DNA from: Verrucomicrobiaceae bacterium
GTDB lineage: Bacteria; Verrucomicrobiota; Verrucomicrobiia; Verrucomicrobiales; Akkermansiaceae
Reading direction: 5' to 3'
Length of the DNA: 64,000 nt
NCBI GenBank assembly: GCA_051252135.1
Contig: JBPOGH010000006.1
Location: 32,001-96,000, forward strand
A program made the translations under genes and the position numbers. Each line of letters begins with the position of its first letter. The first letter of the stretch is position 1. The notes beneath the pieces were generated by a model, which saw nothing but the letters and a program-made list of their open reading frames with translations, searched no databases and was not told the DNA's origin. Positions 17,497-27,200 of this stretch are shown in pieces.

Positions 17497-18432
17497 TTAT
17501 TCCGAATTTTCCTCCTGAGGGGAGTGGAGCGAGGTGGCCAGATCATACCACATGAGGCGGGTGATGTGACCGGTGATCAGGGTTTGGGGGATGACATCGG
17601 GCGGGGAAGGGGGGAATTGGTAGCCGTGGCCGGACAGGTGGGACCTGACGGAGCGAAAAACGCCGCGTGTCATTTCGTCTTCCAGAGTGGCGGGGTCTCC
17701 GTTCACGGTGAGGACCGCGGTGGTAGCTCCGTCTTCAGCCCCGGTGGAGAACCAAAGGGCAAGGGGAGGGTTTTCAACGTTTCCGGGATTGCTAACGCTG
17801 GTGATGCGGGGGGTGATCTGGATTTGATCTCCGGAGTGTTTGCGGATGGTGGTGGCGAGGTTGAGCGCGATCAGTTTGACCTCTTCGCTGGCGGGATTTG
17901 ACGAGCTGACGTTGAGGGTGAGGGGGAATTCGGCTTCGGGGTCGACATTCCAGCGGGGAAGGGTGGGGACGAGGGAGGCGATTCCTTCGGTAGCATTGCC
18001 CAATTCCTCCGGAGCCGGGTTGGGGACGGTATCGACGACGCGCTCGAGTGCGAGGAGGGCCCGCTGGAAGTCTCCACGGGCCTGAAGGGTTGAGGAGAGT
18101 TCGATCAAGCGGGTGGCGGTGTTGTTGAGCGCGAAGTCACGATACTCGGCCAATCCGGGGGCTGATTCGAGATCGCCGAGGTCGGCATCGGTGATGACGG
18201 GAATGGCGGGTTCAACGGGATCTTCGGGAACGTCGGAGAGGTCAATTTTTGGTCCTTCGGCAATCTTGGGCTGGAGGGATGCGACACCGACGATGAGATC
18301 CTCTCCGAAATCCTCGGGAGGGAGGTTGACTCCCCTAGGCGTCATGAAATTCATTTCGCGGGTGCGGACGTGCCAGGTCAGCAGGATGACTCCGATGACT
18401 GCGATGATGGCGACGTACCAGGGAACTTTCAC
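17497..18432 (-). CDS. Hypothetical membrane-anchored protein with TPR-like helix pair
   Basis: N-terminal TM segment; LQARGDFQRALLALERV. Confidence 0.65.
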   Translation of the reverse strand: MKVPWYVAIIAVIGVILLTWHVRTREMNFMTPRGVNLPPEDFGEDLIVGVASLQPKIAEGPKIDLSDVPEDPVEPAIPVITDADLGDLESAPGLAEYRDFALNNTATRLIELSSTLQARGDFQRALLALERVVDTVPNPAPEELGNATEGIASLVPTLPRWNVDPEAEFPLTLNVSSSNPASEEVKLIALNLATTIRKHSGDQIQITPRITSVSNPGNVENPPLALWFSTGAEDGATTAVLTVNGDPATLEDEMTRGVFRSVRSHLSGHGYQFPPSPPDVIPQTLITGHITRLMWYDLATSLHSPQEENSE

Positions 18433-18473
18433 GTGATGGGAGAATGGAATTTAGATCTGTTCGCGGGAAGTGC

Positions 18474-18507
18474 AAAAAAAGAGCTGTCCGGATTTACCGG
18501 ACAGCTC
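18474..18507 (-). terminator. rplS intrinsic terminator
   Basis: Perfect 11-bp stem GAGCTGTCCGG/CCGGACAGCTC with T7 on the minus strand. Confidence 0.9.
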
Positions 18508-18532
18508 GAAAGATTGATGATCCAGAAACTGA

Positions 18533-18877
18533 TCAGTCAGCGCTCTTCACGAGGGTCGCCTTCTTACCGACGCGGCTGCGGAGGTAGTTGAGCTTGGCGC
18601 GACGCACCTTGCCTTTGGAGACCACTTCGATCTTGTCGATGCGGGGGCTGTGGATGCAGAAAACACGCTCGACGCCGGTTCCGTAGGAAATCTTGCGCAC
18701 GGTGAACCCGGAGTTCACGCCGCTGCCACGCTTGCCGATGACGATGCCCTGGAAAATCTGGATACGCTCTTTTCCGCCTTCGACCACACGGGTGTGGACT
18801 TTGATGGTGTCTCCGACGTTGAAATCGGTCACGTTTTCCTTGAGCTGCTCTTGCTCGATCTTCTGGATGATGGTCAT
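18533..18877 (-). CDS. rplS: 50S ribosomal protein L19
   Basis: [32 protein letters not shown] and [12 protein letters not shown]. Confidence 0.98.
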   Translation of the reverse strand: MTIIQKIEQEQLKENVTDFNVGDTIKVHTRVVEGGKERIQIFQGIVIGKRGSGVNSGFTVRKISYGTGVERVFCIHSPRIDKIEVVSKGKVRRAKLNYLRSRVGKKATLVKSAD

Positions 18878-18984
18878 AATCGTATCGGTTGCGGTTGGGC
18901 GGGGGAGGGGAACTATTGGTTTTTCAGGGCGAATGCAAACGTTTTTTCAGCCGGGAGGCCTGTTTTTCACAGGAATCGGGGACG

Positions 18985-19015
18985 AAAAAGTGTGGCCCGG
19001 TTTCCCGAGCCACAC
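18985..19015 (-). terminator. Intrinsic terminator after the small lipoprotein gene
   Basis: Minus strand TGTGGCTCGG-GAAA-CCGGGCCACA followed by CTTTTT. Confidence 0.75.
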
Positions 19016-19086
19016 CACACACATGAACAAACACATTCGTTCCTGAAAATTTGCGCCATCACACGGATGGCTTAAAGGTTGCCGGA

Positions 19087-19188
19087 TCAGCATGGAGGTG
19101 GCGGAGGAGGTGTCGAGGAGCACGAGGGGAGGAGTGCCAGGGCACCAATCGAGGTGATCAGGATGAGGAATTTCGTCATTTCAGTCAT
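19087..19188 (-). CDS. Small lipoprotein, 33 aa (not in the ORF track)
   Basis: MTEMTKFLILITSIGALALLPSCSSTPPPPPPC*; lipobox LPSC; followed by a terminator. Confidence 0.6.
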   Translation of the reverse strand: MTEMTKFLILITSIGALALLPSCSSTPPPPPPC

Positions 19189-19239
19189 AGGACCCGTTTT
19201 TGGGGTGATTTATTCCTAAAATGTCGACAAAAGGTGAAA

Positions 19240-20130
19240 TTATCCGGTTTCGGGCATGAAGGTGGGCATGATGATCCCTTGGGTGGATTTGGCCTCACCG
19301 AGGACTTGAGAGAGGTGAAGTTCGCAATTTCGGGCGCCGAGGCGGTAGAGGGTGGAGATCAATTCGGGTTGATCGGCTGGAACGAGAAAGAGGGGGGAGT
19401 CGTTTCCGAAGCGGGGCAATTGGGATGCAATCAGGGCGAGGGCGGCTTCCGGGGAGGTCATGATACCGGGGCCGAGCATTTTGCTACCGGGGTGATTTAC
19501 GGAGAAGAGGAAGCCGGTGATTTTATTATCTGAAAGGGAGACGGAGCCACTCCAGATTCCGGCTTGGTTTTCGATGAAGTGCCGGAGGTCTTTTTCGCGC
19601 CGGATGCCGCTGACCTTTTCTTCGAGTTGGAGAAGGTCCGGGAGGTCATCGAGGAGGGCGGGTCGGGTTTCTTGAGTGGACTCAGGAAAGGTGGGGGGGC
19701 TGGAGAAGACCATGTCCTGAAAAATGGCAGTGGGGGTGAAGCCGGCCCGGGTGTAGAGGGAGTAGGAATCAAGATTGAGGGCGCTGGAGACGAGGCGGAT
19801 GGGTTTTCCGTTGGCGAGGCGGATGACTTCGGCGAGGAGCGCTTTGGCGGCACCGAAGATGTGGGGCGCGGCATTCATGATACCTAGCGAGACATGGGTT
19901 TCGCGCGGGTGGTAGAAGCAGGAGCCAACGAGAGTGCCATCGAGTTCGGCGACCAGGCAGCAGCCGGGATCGAGAGCTTCATAGACTTCGGGGAAGACGC
20001 GGCAGGAGGCCGGTTGATCGGGGGGGAAGCAATCGCGGTTGAGATTGCGTTGATACCAATTGTTGGTGGAGTGATGAATGAGGGAGGCGAGTTGATCCCA
20101 TTCTTCATTTTTGAGCGGGCGGATGATCAT
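19240..20130 (-). CDS. Two-domain GNAT acetyltransferase
   Basis: MIIRPL start, CLVAE.DG.LVGS and SLYTRAGF motif; second GNAT-like domain with LGPG. Confidence 0.8.
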   Translation of the reverse strand: MIIRPLKNEEWDQLASLIHHSTNNWYQRNLNRDCFPPDQPASCRVFPEVYEALDPGCCLVAELDGTLVGSCFYHPRETHVSLGIMNAAPHIFGAAKALLAEVIRLANGKPIRLVSSALNLDSYSLYTRAGFTPTAIFQDMVFSSPPTFPESTQETRPALLDDLPDLLQLEEKVSGIRREKDLRHFIENQAGIWSGSVSLSDNKITGFLFSVNHPGSKMLGPGIMTSPEAALALIASQLPRFGNDSPLFLVPADQPELISTLYRLGARNCELHLSQVLGEAKSTQGIIMPTFMPETG

Positions 20131-20226
20131 TGTTAACGGGTAGCAGAAGAAGCGGTTGGAGCAAAGGGCCTGGTGGGGCGGGTTTGTTTGTATTGACCCG
20201 AGAAGGTGAGTTGTTAGATATCACAA

Positions 20227-21648
20227 ATGAAGTTGTATTTTGGGGTCCTTCTATTGGTATTTGTTTCATCATGTGCGCATCACCCGGAGCAGCGTCCGGC
20301 GAAAGCGGATTATTCCAGGATGGGAGAGGAGGTGGGGGTGAAGGTGTCCCGCAAGTTGTGTGTGTTCATGGATGGGACGGCGAACAATCATCAGTCGCAG
20401 ACCAATATTCGCCGTCTGTTTGAATTGATCTCGGCGGAGCGGAGTCCGGAGACCTTGTGCTTTTACGATGTGGGAGTGGGGGCGGAGGATCTGAAGTTGT
20501 CGGGAATGGCATTTGGTGCCGGGTTTTCGAAGAATGTGGTGCAGGCGTATAATTTTTTAAGTGAAAATTATCGGGGGCCGAAAGATGAGATTTATATCTT
20601 TGGGTTTAGTCGTGGGGCGCGGCAGGCCCAGGTCCTTTGTGATTTGCTTGATGAGTGTGGATTGCCTTCAGACGAGGTGAAGGCCGAATATACCGTGAAC
20701 GATGCGGGGTATGTGCATGCGGGTCGGGTGTTGTTGCGGGAATATAAGGATCATGTTTCGAAGCGGCGGGGCGGCGGGCATTCCGATTTGGCGGCAATGA
20801 GAGAGGAGAGCGGGTGGAAAGAGGTGACGGTGGAGTTGGTGGGAATTTTCGACTGTGTGGAAAGTATGGGGAACAACGTGTTTCGTGGGCTTGCGACGGG
20901 AAGTTTGAAAGACGGAGTTTATCACGGGCATGCGCAGTATACCTATGATCTGCCAGCCAATGTGAAGGAGGCGTATCATGCGATGGCATTGGATGAGAAG
21001 CGTGGGTTGTATGAGGTGATCAAGTGGACTTTGCCGAGAGAGAGACGGAGGTATCAGAAGGTGGAGCAGGTGTGGTTTGCCGGCGGGCACGGGGATGTGG
21101 GGGGAGGGTATCAAGAGAGTCAGAGTCTCTCGGCGATTCCGTTAAACTGGATGCTTAGCAAATTGGAGAAGCATGATTTGGTGGAAGATGGTTTCCGGGT
21201 TTATGCGGATTTGAGGGGTCCGATCAGCAATACGAGAGAGTTTGGGGTGGGGAAGGCGTTGGCTTCCTTTCGGAGTGATCGGCCGCGTTATGAGGCGCTC
21301 TGGGTTGATCGTGTCGACCCTGCGGAGTTTCCGGGATCAATCACTCGATCCAAGGTGGGGACGATCAAACCATTGGTGCATGAATCGGTTTACCAGCGTC
21401 TGGCGATGGCCCGGATTCCGGGGGCGAAGAAGGCGACGCTGGAGGAATTTGGCTACCGGCCCTGGTTGCTGAGGTGTCCGAAGGGATTTACCTTCTCATA
21501 CGGGAATGTGACGTATCCGGCATACGACTACATCAGCGGACAAATCGGAAAGCCGGGTTCGACCGTCGATGTGGCTCGATTCCGGGCAAAGACGACTGCG
21601 GTGGTGACCGACCGGAGGAAGTCCGAGGCGGGTGGCTTTCAGAAGTGA
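20227..21648 (+). CDS. DUF2235 (Tle1-like alpha/beta hydrolase) lipoprotein
   Basis: VFMDGT, IYIFGFSRGA, GIFDCV, HAMALDEKR and WFAGGHGDVGGG; lipobox VSSC. Confidence 0.9.
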   Translation: MKLYFGVLLLVFVSSCAHHPEQRPAKADYSRMGEEVGVKVSRKLCVFMDGTANNHQSQTNIRRLFELISAERSPETLCFYDVGVGAEDLKLSGMAFGAGFSKNVVQAYNFLSENYRGPKDEIYIFGFSRGARQAQVLCDLLDECGLPSDEVKAEYTVNDAGYVHAGRVLLREYKDHVSKRRGGGHSDLAAMREESGWKEVTVELVGIFDCVESMGNNVFRGLATGSLKDGVYHGHAQYTYDLPANVKEAYHAMALDEKRGLYEVIKWTLPRERRRYQKVEQVWFAGGHGDVGGGYQESQSLSAIPLNWMLSKLEKHDLVEDGFRVYADLRGPISNTREFGVGKALASFRSDRPRYEALWVDRVDPAEFPGSITRSKVGTIKPLVHESVYQRLAMARIPGAKKATLEEFGYRPWLLRCPKGFTFSYGNVTYPAYDYISGQIGKPGSTVDVARFRAKTTAVVTDRRKSEAGGFQK

Positions 21649-21661
21649 ATCGCGGGCCCTC

Positions 21662-22516
21662 TTATCCTTCGTTGAGATTGGCGATGATGCGGAAGAAGGT
21701 GTTTTCGCTTTGTTTGGGGATGGAGGCGGTGAGGACCGTGCCATCTCCGGAGATGGTCTCGACGGGGGTCCAGGAGCCGGAGGCGAGGTCAGTGGTCCTC
21801 TCGAGGTGGTAGGCGACTCCGTCCTGAGAAGGCCAGTTGAGGAGGATGTTTGTGCCGTCGAAGCCGGATTGGATGGTGGGGGCGAGGGGGACGATGGCTG
21901 GGGTGTCGGTGATGGTGATGGAGGAGGGCTCGAGGGTGAAGGTGAGCTGGTTGTCAAAGCCGCCGGTCATGATGGTGCCGGTGGCGGAGTCGATTTGGTC
22001 GATCGAGAAGCCGCGGACCCAGATGCCGAAGTCCATGAAGGTGTTGGGTCCTCCGAACTTGAGGGAGATGGTGTCATTTGACTCGCCGGCGCTGAGGGGG
22101 AATGAGGAGAAGGTGGCACCTTCGCTTTGGTGAAGGGCGGGCTCGAATCGTTCCGGGATCGGGAATTGATTGGTTCTGACGAAGAGGGTGTAGGGCGCGC
22201 CGGAGATGCCTGAGAAGATTGAGCCAGCCCAGAGTGAGTCGGCGATGGAGATGTTGATTTTTAGATCAAGATTCCGGAGGTAATCGACATCGTTTTGTCC
22301 AACAGCGCCGCCCAAGCCGTCGGACTCGGCGAAGTCGCTGTAGGACATGGAGAGGGTGACGGGGGTGCCGTTGGGGTAGGCTTCATTAAGGAAGACTCCG
22401 GTGCGGTTGGTGATGGTGCCGGAGGCGGTCCAGATCACGGTGTCGCCAAGGGCGGTTGTGATGAGCAGGGAGGTGAGAATGAGAGAGCGACACATGTCAG
22501 ATAGTAGGCATGACAT
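21662..22516 (-). CDS. Secreted hypothetical protein with a C-terminal LxW..Y..E.T.DL..W..FFR domain
   Basis: Signal peptide (likely start at the second Met); beta-rich; C-terminal LNWPSQDGVAYHLERTTDLASGSW...FFRI. Confidence 0.7.
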   Translation of the reverse strand: MSCLLSDMCRSLILTSLLITTALGDTVIWTASGTITNRTGVFLNEAYPNGTPVTLSMSYSDFAESDGLGGAVGQNDVDYLRNLDLKINISIADSLWAGSIFSGISGAPYTLFVRTNQFPIPERFEPALHQSEGATFSSFPLSAGESNDTISLKFGGPNTFMDFGIWVRGFSIDQIDSATGTIMTGGFDNQLTFTLEPSSITITDTPAIVPLAPTIQSGFDGTNILLNWPSQDGVAYHLERTTDLASGSWTPVETISGDGTVLTASIPKQSENTFFRIIANLNEG

Positions 22517-22549
22517 GGGCTGAAGGTCAAATTGCGAAGGTTTTGTGGA

Positions 22550-23968
22550 TCAGGCGAGGAGGGGTTTGACGATGTGGCCGTGGACGTCGGTGAGGCGGAA
22601 GTCACGGCCCTGGAAGCGGGTGGTGAGCTTTTCGTGATCGAGGCCGAGTTGGTGGAGGATGGTGGCGTTGAGGTCGTGGACGTGGACTTTGTCTTCGACG
22701 GCGTTGAAGCCCAGGTCATCGGTCTTGCCATGGTTGACGCCGCCTTTGATCCCTCCTCCGGCGAGCCACATGGTGAAGGCGTTGGGATGGTGGTCCCGGC
22801 CGTCGGTGCCGCCCTGGGTCATGGGGGTGCGTCCGAACTCGCCGCCGAAGACGAGGAGGGTGTCCTCGAGCATGCCGCGTTGTTTAAGGTCCTTGATGAG
22901 GGCGGCGCAGGCTTGGTCGACGTCCTTGCAGTTCTTTTTGAGTCCGTTGACGAGGCCGCCGTGCTGGTCCCAGGATTCGTGGAAGAGTTCGACGAAGCGG
23001 ACGCCGCGCTCGATGAGGCGACGGGCGAGGAGGGCGTTGTTGGCGAAGGAGCGCTTGCCGGGTTGAGCGCCATACATCTCCTGAATGTGTTTGGGCTCGC
23101 GTGAGATATCGGTGACTTCGGGGGCGACGTCCTGCATGCGGGCTGACATTTCGTAGGCAGCGATGCGGGTTTGGATTTCGGGGTCGCCGACGGAGTCGAA
23201 GTGGCGTTGGTTGAGCTCGTTGATGGCGTCGATGACGGACTTGCGGTTGTGTTTTTCGATGCCTTTGGGATTGGAGAGATAGAGGACGGGGTCGCCGACG
23301 GAGCGGAATTGGACGCCATCGTGGATGGAGGGGAGGAAGCCGGAATTGAAGTTGGCGGCGCCGCCGGAGGGGCCTTTTGAGCCGGAGGAAATGACGACGA
23401 AGGCGGGGAGGTTATCGGTATCGCAGCCGAGGCCGTAGGTGACCCAGGAGCCGATGGAAGGGCGGCCGAATTGTTGGGATCCGGTGTGGAGAAGGATTTG
23501 GGCGGGGGCGTGGTTGAAGGCCTCGGTGTGCATCGAGCGGATGACGGCGATGTCATCGGCATGGGATCCGATGTGGGGGAGGATGTCGGCCATTTCGGTG
23601 CCGGCCTGACCATACTTTTTGAATTTGAACTTGGGTCCGAGGAGGTTGTTTTCGGGATTGATGAAGGCGGATTGGTAGTTCTTGAGGAGCTCAGCGGGAG
23701 GCGCGGTGCCATCGAGGCGGGCGAGCTCGGGTTTGTAGTCGAAGAGATCGAGGTGGCTGGGGGCGCCGCCCATGTAGAGGTAGATGACGTTTTTGGCCTT
23801 TCCGCCGAAGTGGGATTTTTTGGGAGCGAGGGGATTGGATTGGGCGCGGGCTTCGAGGGAGGCGAGGGCGATGGCACCGAGTCCGAGGCCGCAGTCTTTC
23901 ATGAACCAGCGGCGGGAGTGGGCGCGTTGGATATCGGGGATGAGGTTGGGAGGGAGCGTGGGGAGCAT
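22550..23968 (-). CDS. DUF1501 family protein (sulfatase-like, Tat-type leader)
   Basis: SRRWFMK, GGAPSHLDLFDYKP, WDQH, GEFGRTP and GRDHHP. Confidence 0.92.
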   Translation of the reverse strand: MLPTLPPNLIPDIQRAHSRRWFMKDCGLGLGAIALASLEARAQSNPLAPKKSHFGGKAKNVIYLYMGGAPSHLDLFDYKPELARLDGTAPPAELLKNYQSAFINPENNLLGPKFKFKKYGQAGTEMADILPHIGSHADDIAVIRSMHTEAFNHAPAQILLHTGSQQFGRPSIGSWVTYGLGCDTDNLPAFVVISSGSKGPSGGAANFNSGFLPSIHDGVQFRSVGDPVLYLSNPKGIEKHNRKSVIDAINELNQRHFDSVGDPEIQTRIAAYEMSARMQDVAPEVTDISREPKHIQEMYGAQPGKRSFANNALLARRLIERGVRFVELFHESWDQHGGLVNGLKKNCKDVDQACAALIKDLKQRGMLEDTLLVFGGEFGRTPMTQGGTDGRDHHPNAFTMWLAGGGIKGGVNHGKTDDLGFNAVEDKVHVHDLNATILHQLGLDHEKLTTRFQGRDFRLTDVHGHIVKPLLA

Positions 23969-23972
23969 GGGG

Positions 23973-24220
23973 AGTTTGAAGTTTGAAGTGTTCAGTTTGA
24001 AGGCTTGGTTGGGGGGCTTGGTTGAGGGGGCTTGGTTGAGGGGGCTTGGTTGAGGGGGCTTGGGATGGGGATGGGGGGAACGCGAATCTTGCGAATTGAG
24101 CTAATCTTGGGTTGGGGGGCTTGGGTTGGGGGGCTTGGGTTCTGAAGTTCGGCTGAAGCCTACACTACGAACTGGGGCTTGGTTGAGGGGAAGCGGGCAG
24201 GAATGCCCACTCTCCTTATT
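23973..24220 (+). repeat. Mosaic repeat array A
   Basis: Heptamers (AGTTTGA-like x4), three exact tandem GGGGGCTTGGTTGA at 24012-24053, a nonamer cassette and two REP-like hairpins. Confidence 0.85.
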
Positions 24221-24221
24221 G

Positions 24222-27200
24222 TTAGTTTTTGGTCATTGTTTCGTCGAGGTTGAGGAGGGTTTGGGCGACGGCGGTGGCGGCGGCGAGGTGGACGGGGTTG
24301 TGGGTTTTCAGGTCGAGGGGGAGGGGTTTGTAGGTGGTGATGAGTTGGGTGGCGGACTCGGGGGTGATGTTTTGTTTTTGTTGGTCGAAGAGGTTTTGGA
24401 GGACGGCGAGTTCTTCGGTGTTGGGAGGTCGGGAGGTGCAGTGCTCGAAGGCTTGGGCGATGGAGGTTTCGAGAATGCGGGCGCCGAGGGCGACGGCGGC
24501 CTCGACGGACATGGATTCGTTGAGGGTGACGAGGGCCTGGAGGGGGGTGGTGGAGATAGTGCGTCGGACGCAGGCGGCGTCGCCGGTGGCGGCATCGAAA
24601 GCGGCGAGCATGGGGTAGGGGACGCTGCGGAAGCGGAAGGTGTAGAGGGCGCGGCGGTAGCGCTGGGAGTCCATCTCGGTGTGCCAGATTTTGGGGCCAT
24701 AGGAGGCGGGTTTTTGGAAGAGGAAGGCGGGGGCGGGAGGGAAGACGCAGCGGCCTCCGAGGTCGAGATTGATGAGTCCGCTGGTGGTGAGTTGGATGTC
24801 GCGGAGGGTTTCGGCGGGGACGCGGAAGCGGGGGCCGCGGGCGAGGAGGCGGTTTTTGGGGTCTTTTTCGCGGAGGAGGGATTTGTGGGTGGAGTCTTGT
24901 TGGTAGGTGGCGCTGGAGACGATGAGGCGGTGGATGTGCTTCATGGACCAGTCGTTTTCCATGAGTTCGACGGCGAGCCAGTCGAGGAGTTCGGGATGTG
25001 AGGGGCGCGGGCTTTGGAGGCCGAGGTCCTCGGGGGTTTCGAGGAGGCCGGTGCTAAAATAGGATTGCCAGATGCGGTTGACGAGGGTGCGGGCGGCGGT
25101 GGGTGAATCGGGTGCGACGAGCCACTTGGCGAAGGTGAGGCGGGAGTGGGGGTCGCCTTCAGGAAGTGGATTGAGGAAGGCGGGGACGTGGGGTGTGACC
25201 TCGTGTTTGGGTTGAGTGTAGTCGCCCCGGTCGAGGAGGCGGGTGACGCGGGGCGAGGCGACCTTGCTGGCGACGAGGGCGACGGCGGGGACGGGGTGTG
25301 ATTTCCAGAGTGATTCGATTTGTTCGTTGTAAGAAGCGAAGTTGGGATTGAGGGAGCGCCAGTGGCTGAAGAGGCGGGATTCTTGTTCGGGGGTGCGCTT
25401 TTCGGCGGTGAGGGCTTCTTTGACGAGAGGTGGAAGAGAGTCGAAGGCGTTGGGAATGGCGCTGGAGAAGGAGAGTCGGAAGCGGCCGATGTTGAAGGTT
25501 TGGTTGTCATCGGAGTTGATTCCGCCGTGGCGCTGGGAGAGGAAGGTTTTGAGGTCGAGGGAAGGGGCGTTTTGGAGGGGTTCGGTGAGCTCGAAGACGA
25601 GGACCTGGGGATCGTTGGAGCGGCCGGGGCCTTGGTCGGTGGTCCAGGCGGTTTTGTCATTTCCATCGATGGCGTAGGCGGCGTGGCCGGTGATGCGGTC
25701 GTCGGGTCCGCGTTCCGCATTGAGCGGGTAGCGCATGGGGTCGAGCTTGGCGTCGGGTGGATTGACGGAGGCGGCGGCGTTTTTGAAGTTGGCGTTCTTT
25801 CCGTTGACCTTGAGTTGGTATTCTGAGAGGGCGGCGGTGCCGGCCATGGATCGACCGGGTCCGTTGAGGGAGAGGTAGGGGTCGTTGAGGAGTTCGATGC
25901 GGACAGAGCTGACCGTGTCGAGGGTGGTGGGTTGGTGCTGGAAGGGGGCGGTCATCATGGTGGCGGCGTAGCCTTGGTTGATGAGGGAGCCGTCGGGGCG
26001 GTTCTGGTATTTTTGGCCATCGTCGCCGAACTGGGCGAGGTCTTGTACGATCCATTCCGTACGTGGGAGGGCGAGGAGGTCGGACTGCCATTGCCGGAAG
26101 TCGGCTTGCCAGGCGGGTGTTTCGGACTTGAGGCGCGACTCGATGTCGGAGGTGGCCTTTTTAATCCGGGCGATCTTTTGGTGGTCGGTTTTTGAGTAGG
26201 CGGGGCGGGAGGTTTCGCGGATGGAATTGAGGTAGGCGAACATGCCGAAGTATTCGTCGTGGGTGAGGGGGTCGTATTTATGGGTGTGGCATTGGGCGCA
26301 CTGGGTGGTGATGCCGAGGACACCTTTGCCGATGGCATCCATTTGGTCGTAGATGCCCTCGATGCGGAACTGCTCAAGCTTGGCTCCGGCTTCTTCATTG
26401 GCCATGGAATGGCGAAGGTAGCCGGTGGCGATGTGGTCGTCCCGGGTGGCGTTGGGGAGAAGGTCGCCGGCGATTTGTTTGATGACGAAGTCGTCGTAGC
26501 TCATGTCGGAGTTGATGGCGTTGACGACCCAATCGCGGTAGAAATGCATTTCGCGCGGGAGGTCTTTTTCGTAGCCGGCAGAGTCGGCGTAGCGGGCGAC
26601 ATCGAGCCATTCGCGTCCCCATTTTTCACCGTGATGGGGGGAGGAGAGGAGATTCGAGATTTGGGAGTCGAGATTTGAAATTTGAAAGGTGGAGAGATCG
26701 GAGAGGGATGGAGGGAGTCCTACGAGATCGAGGTGGAGGCGGCGGAGGAGGGTGCGTGGTTTTGCGGGAGCGGAGGGTTGGAGGTCGGCGGACTCGAGTT
26801 GGGCGAGGATGAAGCGGTCGATGTCGTTTTTGGGCCAAGTGGTATTTTTGACGTCCGGGGGAGTGGGACGGGTGGGAGGGGAGAAGGCCCAGTGGGTGCC
26901 CCATTCGGCACCTTCGTTGATCCAGTCGGTGAGGATGCTGATTTGTTCCGGGGTGAGCGGGTCTTTTTTGCCGAGGGGCGGCATGTGATCGTCGGGATCG
27001 GTGGTGGTGACGCGCTGGATGAGGAGGGAGTTGGAGGCGTCGCCGGGAGTGATGGCGGAGCCGGAGTCGCCTCCTTTGAGGGCGAGTTCGCGTTGGTCGA
27101 GGCGGAGGTCGGCTTCGGCGGCGGCTTCATCGGGGCCGTGGCAGGCGTAGCAGTTGTTTGAGAGGATGGGTTGGACCTGGGTGGCGAAGTCGATTTTGGC

